From NCBI RefSeq assembly GCF_036971445.1, contig NC_091472.1, forward strand, positions 66,836,001 to 66,900,000: a DNA stretch of 64,000 nucleotides, in the 5' to 3' direction. The DNA is from Narcine bancroftii (lineage: Eukaryota). Position 1 is the first letter of the stretch. Each line of letters begins with the position of its first letter. The translations under genes were made by a program, and so were the position numbers. The notes under the pieces were generated by a model. That model was not told where the DNA came from. It made no database searches and saw only the letters and a program-made list of their open reading frames with translations. Shown in pieces: positions 39,006 to 49,454 of the stretch.

Positions 39006-39974
39006 CTTGAAAAAAAAGGTCTGATTTCCCCAGCAGAAACATTTCAACATTGTAAAATAATAGGTAGCCTTAGTGTGTATGTGTGCATTTATTAACAGTT
39101 TTGAAAGAGGTGGCCATAATAGCATCTAAAGAAGTAAAGCTGGCTTTGCCTGTATCATACCAAAGCACTGGAAGCATTGAAGCCAACACCAAAAGAGAAA
39201 CACAGAGGGTTATTTATAATAAATAAAATTGGTTGCCACTTAACATGCAACTGACGCCAATTTAAAACATTTTGTTAGGCAGCTCTTCAATTAGTACCCC
39301 CTCCTTATAGCAACTAGCCATTTGAGAGCAAGCATGTACAGATTTCAGATGGTACCCAAAAAAAATTTTCCACAAAGACAAGTTTTTAATTTCTGGTTCC
39401 TTGCTCCTGGGAGTTATGAAAGGCCTCTACAATATAACTGGAGAATTTCTGTGGTATGTTGTCAAGATTTCAGCAATTTTCAGGGAACATTTATTCAGAT
39501 TTCACCTCAAAGAGTGAGTGGTGCTCTGCTAACCTGCATCCCAAGATTTACCGAGAGACGGAATGATTGGCCTTGTGCAACTTCTTTAGGATTTCCTCAT
39601 TTGTAAATGACAAGGGCTGGGGGGTGGGGGGTTAGGTGGGCAACATTGGAGCTGGTCAAACAACACAACCAATTGCCAAAGGGAAGTTGGGAAGATGTCA
39701 CAATCTCACTTTTCCTTCCTTGCCAATTTAGATACTGGGTGTTCCTCTTCCCATCAACCTTTATCCCCGGAGGCCTCTGTTCTCAACCTTTGATCCCAAG
39801 TGAGCCTGCAACACACTGCTGTTATTGACCATAATATATCACATTTAAGTGCAAGAACTCCACATCTTATACTTCCATATACAACCAGAAAGTCTCTGGT
39901 TACACCTCAGTTAGATTGAAAAAATGATAATCGACAATGAATATCAGAAGTGTGCACCAAATCCAAATGTTCAT

Positions 39975-40125
39975 ATCAGAGCATGATGAAGGGCTGCAGC
40001 CCAAAATGTTCATTATGTATTTTTTTCTTTGCTATATAAAGGTCACCGTTTGACCTATTGAGTTTCTCCAGCAATGTATTTTTACTTCAACCTCAGTGTC
40101 TGCAAACTTTCATGTTTTACTTCTT
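39975..40125 (+). mobile_element. Penelope-like terminus with degenerate hammerhead motif
   Basis: TGATGAAGGGCTGCAGCCCAAAATGTT...GAGTTTCTCCAGCA. Matches 49345-49450. Confidence 0.75.
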
Positions 40126-40589
40126 TCATATCAAGTAATTCTTTTTGTTATTTCACCCGTACCCTGCCCGTTTTCATCCATTGGCTGAAATAAGTCTGTT
40201 TTTCTTTAGACAAACAGCAGATGGCGATTTCTGCAGCATTCACTTGTTAATGTATGAAACATTATTCTGTCAGAAAAAAAATATCATCTAGCAATAGATG
40301 AAAGGAAAACCAGAAATTTGATTGATTTACAGTGAAGATTCTTATCCTTAATATATTTCAATAGATGTAGCATTTTGATCACAATATCTTATTTTGTAGA
40401 GATCAAAACTAAGATACCAGGGAATTCTGAAATTTGAACCTTATGTAAAATGCCACAAAATATTTAAAGTGAAACTATGAACTGTACAGAAATTAACATT
40501 AATAATTCCATAATTGCCTTCCTCCTTATTTTAAATAACAGACATTCAGCTCAAGTTGCTCTGAAATTGGGAATGAATTTTCAGTCTCC

Positions 40590-40975
40590 AATCTCAAGAA
40601 TTTGGTGCAGTAAAGTTTAATCCTCTTGCTGCTGGGTACCCATCAACCAGAATTCTCTGGCTTTCATTAAACCTCTCCTCACCTTCACCCACAATTTCTT
40701 TCCCCACCCCTGTCTCTCCCTTTTCCCTCTCTCCTTTTTCACAGACATGACAAATTCTTATCTCTCCCCTTATCATTATGCAATTAACACCTTTTGTTGG
40801 TCTGGATTCCTCCCTCAGATGGTGTTATCTGAATTCTGAGATTTCCTGCTTCTGACTCATTTTGCTTATTCCTTGAAGAAGGGCTCAGGCCCGAAACATC
40901 AGCAATTTATCTTTCTTTTTATGGATGCTAAAAAGACCAGTTTTTTCCTCCAGCATTTTGATATGCTTTTATTGC
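40590..40975 (+). mobile_element. Penelope-like 3' end with hammerhead motif
   Basis: Pyrimidine-rich UTR, then CCTTGAAGAAGGGCTCAGGCCCGAAACATC and the CTCCAGCATTTT terminus. Confidence 0.8.
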
Positions 40976-41650
40976 ATAAAAAGGTGTCTGAGGTAGAATT
41001 TTGATTTCAATGCCTAAGCAACAAAGCAGACCAACAGAACCAATGTAAACCTCATTGCTCTTTTTTGAATATTTTATTTAAAATATTTCTATACATTTAG
41101 TAAAAGAATTAATATAATAATACACATTCCAAAAAGAAAACAAATTAGGACTTACATACCTCCTCCCCTCCCCTCCAAAACCCACCCCTCCAACTCCCCC
41201 CCCTTCAAAATAACCAATATAAAAAGTACAATATCGTTATATAAAATAGAAGAAGAAAAAGAGAGATTTTAGGATTGCGCATAGGGATGTCGCCTAACAC
41301 ACATTTAAAAAACAATCATTAACATAATTCAGAGGAGATTCTTGCAGGCCCAGAGGCAAAGGAAAGAAAATTTTACAAATTTAAACCTAATGTTTGAGTA
41401 TATGGGTACCAAACTTGCAAAAACACAGGATATTTATTTGTCAAGAGATATGTAATTTTTTGGAAAGGAATACAAGTTTGAATTTCTGCATTCCATCTTG
41501 CCATACCCAAGCATGTATCTGATTTCCAATTAACTGCAATACCTTTCCTTGGCACCACTAATGCAACTTTAACAAATTCCAATAGATAAACTGATAATTT
41601 TAATTTAGGTCTTGTTCCTTCAGTATTTCCCAATAGAAATAAATCTGGAA

Positions 41651-42578
41651 GAGAGGACAATGTAGTGTAGCCAAGTTTGTGGATGATACTAAATTGAGTG
41701 GAAAAGCTAATTTTACAGAGGATGTGAAGAGGCTGCAGAAGGATATAGTTAAGTTAGGTGAGTGGAAAAAGATCTGGCAGATGGAGTACAACATTGGTAA
41801 ATGCAAGGTCATCCACTTTGGTAAGAAAAATAGAAGAGCAGATTATTATTTAAATGGTTAAAATCTGCAGCATGTTGTAGTGCAGAAGGACTTGAGAGTG
41901 CTTGTGCATGAATCACAAAAAGTTGGGTGGCAGGTACCACAGGTTATTAAGAAGGCAAATGATGGCCTTCATCACTAGAGGAATTGAATTCACAAGCAGG
42001 GAGATAATGCTGCAACTGTACAAGGTACTGATGAGACCACACATGGTGCACTTTGTGCAGTTCTGGTCTCCATACTTGAGAAAGGAAATACTGGCCTTGT
42101 AGGCAGTCCAGGGGATATTCGCCAGGTTGATCCCGGAGATGAGGGAGTTGACTTATGAGGAGAGGCTAAATCATCTGGGATTATAGTCACTCGAATTCAG
42201 AAGAATGAGAGGAGATCTTATAGAAACATAAATTTATGAAAGAGGCAGGAAAACTTTTCACTGATAGGTGAGTCCATAATTAGGTGAAGCAGTATCAAGA
42301 TTCAGGGGAGTAGCTTTAAGACAGAAATGAGGAAAAACTGTTTTTCCAGAGAGTATTAAAACTGTGGAATTCTCTACCCAGGGAATCAGTTGAGGCTACT
42401 TCATTAAACATATTTAAGGTTCAGTTAGATAGATTTTTACATAAAAAAGAAATTAAGGGATATGGGGAAAAGGCAGGTAGGTGGAATTGAGTCAATGATC
42501 AGTCAAGATCTTTTTGAATGGCAGAGCAGGCTCGATGGGATGGATGGTCTACTGCTGCTCCTATTTCTTATGCTCTTA
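41651..42578 (+). mobile_element. CR1 LINE 5'-truncated copy
   Basis: KFVDDTKL, WQMEYNIGKCKVIHFG and QFWSPYLRK; tail CTTATGCTCTTATG. Confidence 0.92.
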
Positions 42579-42748
42579 TGGATTTTGCGTAAATATGACG
42601 CCCTGTAACTTGTGCCAAAAAAATTCCTTAAATCCACCCAAAAAGGACAAGATCAAGTTGGATACAAAAAAGTTCTTACATCTTCACCACACCTAAAACT
42701 TAGATCTGATAAATCTAATTTCAATCTATTTAATTTCTGTGGTGCAAG

Positions 42749-43419
42749 TGTTACAAGCCCAGAGGACCCCAAAACCCAGCAGCAATAGATATTCTCCAAG
42801 ACAAATAGTTACTTAAACAAAAGTTGATTTTAATTATGTTTAAACATGAAAATAGAACCAATCTTTAACTTATCTCTATTGACTTACTTAACCTAACAAC
42901 CCCCTTCTAATTCTAAGCGCACGTGTATGTAATGTGTGCGCAAGTTCAGAAAAGTTATTTGGTTCACAGTCCAATCTCACTTCTCATTCCTCCAAGTTCA
43001 CTGGTTGCAGGCAATTCTTATTCTGTGCATAGAATTTAGTATTTATAACGTTCACCAGGCTTTGGTGCTTGAAAGGTAAATGGTTACCACTCAGGAAGGT
43101 TCTTGTCAATTTTCAGAGAGAGATTTGTTGTTCCAGGACATCCACAACTGATCTACTTCCATCAGCCACTCCAGTGTCCTGCTGGTGAAACCTGCCCCTT
43201 CAGAGTTCTCCAGATGTTAACTTCTTCCTTTCAAGTCCCCACACAGTTCCTCTTTGTTGCCTTTATTCCAAGTGAAACATTAGACAGCCAGTCCTCTCCT
43301 CTTACATGAACCACAAGGTCTTTGACCAGTCCGTCTTACAAATGGACTTTCCATAAGCTTGCCAGCTTGTTCTGTTCCAGTCCCAGCTACTTATGCTGGC
43401 CATAACACTGTACAAGTGA

Positions 43420-43467
<48 letters not shown>

Positions 43468-43797
43468 TCTCTCTCTCTCTCCCTGAGAGAAAACCTGTTT
43501 TACTCCCTCTGCTTGCAAAACTACATGACCCTCTAACAACAGCAAGCTCTCCTCCAGAAAATATGTGGCTTCAACAAGCTCTTTCAACTGTTGCCTTTTG
43601 TAAACAACCATCCATTAGTGAATTCTATTGGGCACTCTTCAAAGCTCTTACAAAAGCTCTGAGGCCCTGATATGTCTAACATGGGGCAGAGCTCCAGTAT
43701 TTCAAATAAGATCTGTTTTAAAGTGTTTGTATGTGACCTACTCTAACAAACCTTTCCCAATTTATCTCCCAAAAATATATCTATATACTTTGTCACA
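42749..43797 (-). mobile_element. Solo LTR, 1049 bp
   Basis: TGTTACA...TGTCACA inverted termini with exact 4-bp TSD CAAG (42745-48, 43798-801). The host L1 rejoins when it is removed. Strand is tentative, from a minus-strand ATTAAA near 42830. Confidence 0.88.
43422..43481. repeat. (GT)n(CT)n microsatellite inside the LTR
   Basis: Read directly from the sequence. Confidence 0.95.
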
Positions 43798-45140
43798 CAA
43801 GATATTACTGATGTAAAAAATTATACTGAACTAATCTATATCTTACTTTAACAATGTTAATCATACAGCCCCTACATTGATCTGCCCATCTTTATTCATC
43901 AATTACAATGTTCAAATCTAATTCCCACCTTTGTCTGGATTTATGAACTCCACACTTAGGAGTCCCTACTTGTAATAAAGAGTATATCATAGATGATAAA
44001 TCTCTTTGCTCAATTTCAATGGTGACAGAATGGTCAGCCATGGGAAAAAAGGCCATTGCCCAGAAGAAGATAAAATTGTGCTCTTCTGAATCGCATATTT
44101 TTCTTATGTCCCTATTTGCAATGTTGGTCATCAACCTGAAGTCTGTTTCTCCCTTCACTGATGATGCCTGATCTATTCAGTGTTTCCTGCAGTTTATTGT
44201 TCCTCTTTTCTGATATGGATTTAAGCTCATTCTATATTATGAACCTTAATGTGCTGTGCGACCTTCAAATGAGCTATAAACCCCTCACCCATTACAGTGT
44301 CACAATGGGCAAATATTACTCACCCAGTAAAAAAAAACAATGCGAGAGAAACTCGGTTGGTCAGGCAGTGTCCTTTATATAGCAAAGGTTTCAGATTTGA
44401 ACCCTTTAAAGTATTGAAAAATGTCGGCACACATCTGATTAAAAGAGATGGGGGAGGTGTGGTAGCAAAGGCAGGAGGTAATAGATGGAGAAGTGAGGGA
44501 GGGGATAGCAGCAAGCAAGGGGAGGAGGGATGGTTAGGTGAATAGAGAGGGAGGAGGGGAGGAGAACTGAAAGGGGGAAGGGAAGGGGAGAGGGAAGTAA
44601 GAGAGCAGGTCAGCAGAAACCAGAAAAAAATTGATGTTAATTGCATCTGGCTGGCAAGTGCCCAGATGGAAAATCATGTGTTGTTCCTCCAAATAAAAGG
44701 TGGTCTTGGTGGGATAGTACTCAAGACATGAACATACATGTGAGTATGGGAGTGTGACACAGAACTGAAATGGTTGACCACTGGGAGGTGTCTGTAACTG
44801 ATGCAAATAAAGTGAAGGAGCTCAGCAAAGCGATCTCCCAGTCTCTCCGATGTAGGTAAGCCCACAAAGGGAACACCGGATGCGGTAAATCAATTTTGCA
44901 GACACGCAAGTGAAGTTTTGCATCATTTGGAAAGCCCGTTTGTGGCCATGGACCATGGTGAGGAAGGAGGTGTGGGGGGAAGTGTGGCACCTCTCGAGGC
45001 TACAGGGAAAGGTGCCAGGGGGGCGATTGGTGGGGAAGGATGAGTGCACAAGGGAGACACAGAGGGAGCGGTCCTTACAGAAGGCAGAGAAGGCAAAATA
45101 TGTTTGGTCGTGGGAGCCTGTTGTAACTGTAAATCACAAC

Positions 45141-46690
45141 TAGAATCAGGATTTATTGTCAAGAACAAGCCATGAAATTCGATGTTTTGCGACAGCATCA
45201 ATAGTGCAAACATTCATTTTATAACCATCTTATAACACTACTATATAAAAAAACATGACAACAATAATAGTGGATGAAAATTAAGGCAGTGTCTTTGTTT
45301 TAATGATTATTCAGGAATCTGATGGCAGCGGGGAAGAAACTGTCCTTGTGCCGTTGAGTGCTTGTCTTTAGGCTCCTGTACCTTTTCCCCAATGGTTGCA
45401 GGTTGAAGAGGGTATGGCCTGGATTGTGGGGGTCTTTGAGGATAGAGCTGCTTTTTTAAGACACCACCTCATGTAGATGTCCTCAGTGGAATGAAGTCTG
45501 GTGCCTGTGATGTCACAGGCTTAGTTAACAAACCTCTGGAGTTTATTCTTGTCCTGAGAGTTGGTGCTTCCATACCAGGCAGTGATACAACCAGCCAGAA
45601 TGCTCTCCACGGTACACCTGTAGAGGTTTTCGAGAGTCTTCAGTGACCTACAGAACCACTTCAGACACTTCGCAAAGTATAGATGCTGGTGGACCTTTTT
45701 TGATTGCCTCAACATGGAGGCTCCAGGACAGATCCTCGAAGATGTTGACACCCAGGAATTTAAAGTTCTTGACCCTTTCCATAACTGAGGCCTGATAAGG
45801 ACTGGCTTGTTCGCCTGACTTCCTCCTGGTTTTGCTGATGTTGAGCGCAAGGTTGTTGCCGTTACACCATTGAAAGAGCTGACCTATTTCCCTCCTGTAT
45901 GCTTCCTCTTTGCCATTTGTGATTCTGCTGTCAACTGTGGTGTCATCGCCAAACTTGTAGATGGCATTGGAATTGTGCCTGGCCACAGTCATGGATGTAT
46001 AACAAATAGAGAAATGGGCTAAGCATGCATCCTTAGGGTGCACCTGTGTTGATAATCAGCAAGGAGACAGCATTGTTTCCAATTTGTACTGACTGTGGTC
46101 TTCCACTGAGAAAATCAAGGATCCAGATGCAGAATGGGGTTTGTAGCTTCCTGACCAGCACTGAGGGAAATAATGGAAGAGCAGCCATATGTATGAATTG
46201 CTGTTTTCAAGGTGATCCAGAGCTGAGTGGAGAGCCAGCGATATTGCATCAGCCGTGGAGTGATTGTGATGAAAGGTGAGTTGCAGTGGGTCCAGATCTT
46301 TACTTAAGTACATGTTAACTCTGGCCACGACCAGCCTCTCAAAGCAATTCATCACAGTGGAAATTAGTGCTACTGGGCAGCAGCTCAAATTCTCTTCTTG
46401 GGTACCGGGATGATTGAAGCAGGTGGGAACTTCTGACTGCAGCAATGAGGGGTTGAAAATATCCATGAACACTCTGGATAGTTGGTTGGTGCAGATTTTC
46501 AGTACCCTGCCAGGTATGCCATCTTGCCTTGCAAGGGTTCACCCTCTTGAATGATGTTCTGACTTCACCCTCAGAGACAGATATCACAGAGTCCTCAGCT
46601 TTAACAGGGATTCTAGTAGGCATTGTTTGGTTTTTTTCTCCTCAAAGTGGGCATAGGTGTTCAGCTCATTGCGTAGTGAGGTATCGCAGC
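45141..46690 (-). mobile_element. Rex1/Babar-like LINE
   Basis: PVALISTVMNCFERLV, HSTADAISLALH, IYKFGDDTTV and VESILAGCITAWYG. Confidence 0.9.
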
Positions 46691-46694
46691 CATC

Positions 46695-47030
46695 TACAGT
46701 GTTCACCCTTTCTTTGGATGTTGTGTTGACTCATATATTCCTTATAAAAATAGTACCAAACCCACCCTACCCTGTAACCTTCTACTTTTCTTTCATCCAT
46801 GTGTCTGTCCAACTGTCTCTTAAATGCCCCTAATGTTTCAATCTCTACCACCATCCCTGGCAAGGCATTCCAGGCACCCACTGCTTTCTGGGTAAAAAAA
46901 AAGCCTTACCCCTGATGTTTCCTCTAAACTTCCCTCCCTTAACTCTGTACACATGTCCTCTGGTGTTTGCTGATCCTGCCCTAAGTTACAGGATCTGGCT
47001 GTCCACCCTTTCTATGCCTCTTATAATCTG
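46695..47030 (-). mobile_element. CR1 LINE 3' end
   Basis: GAWNALPGMVVEIETLGAFKRQLDRHM. Same subfamily as 3520-4572. Confidence 0.88.
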
Positions 47031-47389
47031 TTAATGTGTCAAATGTGGAGGCTGGTGAGGAGATAGGTGAGGGCAAGAGAGATTCTATGTGTGTTGTGTC
47101 AGGGGGCAGAGGGGGCCAGGGCAGATGAACAGGAAATGGAGGAGATGCAGGTGAAAGATGAATTGATGGTGGTGGAGAGCAAGCCACATTTGTGGAGGAA
47201 GGCAGACATTTTAGAAGATCTGGATTGGAAGACCTCATCTTGGCAACAGATGTGATGGAGACAGAGAAATTGAGAGAAGGAAATAAAATCTTTGCAGGGA
47301 ACAGGATGTGAAGACGTGAAGTTGTGGGAGCTGGTGGGTTTATAATATATGTTAGTGGAAAGCTTGTCTCCCAAGAAGGAAGACAATCC

Positions 47390-49452
47390 CTCCCACAGGA
47401 CCCCACCATGGCTAAAATATTTTAAAAGTAAACTCCAACCCAGGCCCCAATGCTTTGACCACTGAATCCAGCGTTGACCCAGCCTGACTCCCTGCAGGAA
47501 GTCCCAACAGTGATACTGCTGTCCTTCACATGAGCCCCAGCACCCCCCACACTGACTCCAACCACATGGCTCCCAACATAGATTCTTACTGTGGTCCTGA
47601 TCTCACTGATGGATCCCACTTACTCATCCTCCTTGCTACTCCTTATCCTTCCCTATCCCCCTGCATCTCACCCTACTCCATCCCCATGTCAGCTCCCCTC
47701 TTCTCCCTGGTTATGCCACATCCACCTTCTGACCTCCCTATCCCACTCCCTTTGACTTCCCCTACCCCCAATCTCCCCCTCCTCCCTCTAACCCTGCACC
47801 TCCCCTCTGACCTCCCTATCCTTCCCCCTCCTCCCTCCACTTGCAAACCCTCCACCTTTCCCCTCCAACCTTCCCCATCTTCCATCTCCAACCTGATCTC
47901 CGTAATCCTCTATCACCCTCCAACACACCAATTCCCACTCTGACCCCTGCTTGGTCTTTACATCCCCTCTGACCTTACACTCAACAGAGGCCTTGCCTTC
48001 TTCCACTTCTGCCCACACCTTAATGAGTTCCATGCACTCCATGATGCCAAACTCTTCTGTTGCCTCCCATCTCTGGACCTACTTCCATGACTGTGATTTC
48101 CGCGCCCCACCCCCCACCCAAGACCCTTTCTCCCACCTCAAACCTTCTTCCTCCTCCTGGATGCCTTGTCCTGGCCAGCTGCCTGGTCTGGATCTTTTTA
48201 TTTCCACTGCTCCCCACATATCAACCGTCTCAATTTCACCACTCCCCTCTCCTTTTCCAATCTTACTGCCCTCCACTCTGTCCACAACAATCCCAACGTC
48301 ACCATCAAACCCGCAGACAAGGCTGTCGTGGTCTTTGGCACTGACCTCTACCTTGCTGAGGCCAGACAACAGCTCTCAGACACCTCCTGCTACCTGCCCC
48401 TCCCACAGAACCCATCAAGACTAAAAACATTCTCTCAATTTCTCCATCTCTACCACATCTGTTTGCAAGATGAGGTCTTCCAGTTCATATCTTCTGAAAC
48501 GTCTGCCTTCTTCAACAAACATGGCTTCCTCTCCATCATTATAAACTCAGTCCTCACCTGCATCTCCTCCATTTCATGCACATCTGCCCTGGCTCCCTCT
48601 GCCGCCAAATACAACAAACACAAAATCCCCCTTGTCCTCACCTATCACCCCACCAGCCTCCACAATCAACACATTATCCTCCAGCATTTTCAGCACTTAC
48701 AAGAGGATCCCACTGCCAGACACATCTTCCCCTCTCCTCCCCTCTCTACTTTCTGTAGGAATCACACACTCCGTGACTCCCTTGTGCACTCATCCCTCCT
48801 TATCAATTCCCCCCCCTCCCTCCCCAGCACCTTTCTCTGTGGTCACAGAAGGTGCCATACTTGTACCAGCACCTCCTCCATCACCACACTCCAGGGCCCC
48901 AAGTAGGCCTTGCAAATGAAGCAACACCTCATTTGTGTATCCACATGATTGACTTACTGCATCTGATGCCCCCTTTCTGGCCTTCTCTACGTGGGAGAAA
49001 CTGGGCGTAGACTGGAAGATCACTTCACTGAGCTCCTTCACTCTGTCCACACCAGTGACGGAGACCTCCCAGAAACCAATCATTTCAGTTCTGTGTCACA
49101 TCCCCACACCCTCAAGTCTGTCCATGGCCTTATGTACTGTCCCAACAAGACCACTTATAAATTGGAGGAACACCACCCAATTTTCCATCTGGGCACTCTC
49201 CAGCCGGATGGCATTAACATTGACTTTTCTGGTTTCTGCTGATTTGTTCTCCCCTTCCCCCTCCCTCACTCCTCCACCTATTACCTCCTGCCTTTGCAAC
49301 AATGTCTCCCCCTATTTTATTTGGAGGCCTGCTGACATTTTTTCATACCTTGATGAAGGGCTCAAGCCCGAAACGTCAGTCCTGTATTTTTATCTTTGCT
49401 ACATAAAGGATACTGTTTGACTTGCTCAATTTCTCCAGCATTGTGTTTTTAG
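47390..49452 (+). mobile_element. Penelope-like element with the RT core deleted; decayed GIY-YIG; terminal hammerhead motif
   Basis: ORF 48166-48906 joins NPNVTIKPADK..VVV..YLAEARQQLSDT directly to FSQFL..IC..; then YVGETGRRLEDHFTE and LGTLQPDGINIDF. Confidence 0.9.
49345..49385 (+). ncRNA. Minimal type I hammerhead ribozyme motif (Penelope-associated), U3 variant
   Basis: TTGATGA-A-GGGC TCAA GCCC-GAAA-CGTC: catalytic core, 4-bp stem II and palindromic ACGT stem III. Activity is untested. Confidence 0.6.
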
Positions 49453-49454
49453 AC

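Larger units (their letters stand above)
41060..44020 (-). mobile_element. L1 LINE 3' fragment (ORF2 C-terminus and 3' UTR) split by a CR1 and a solo LTR
   Basis: RWELDLN...YRLVQYNFLH...PQKLN...FRCGE...PDLFLLGN...IAVNWK...FLQVWYPY reads collinearly across both insertions. AATAAA and A-rich tail near 41060-41080. Confidence 0.85.
44325..47385 (-). mobile_element. Penelope-like element (RT thumb and GIY-YIG), split by a Rex1/Babar and a CR1 insertion
   Basis: LIYRIRCSLCGLTYIGETGR, RLGDRFAE and LEEQHMIFHLG on the left piece; LSTNIYYKPT..SSHPVPCKD..FSQFL on the right piece (47030-47385). Confidence 0.88.

Noticed and set aside
47530-48424. Pro/Ser-rich ORFs and their Gly/Arg-rich antisense ORFs as host genes
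   Set aside because: They come from the C-rich low-complexity 5' region of the Penelope element, which is poor in stop codons.
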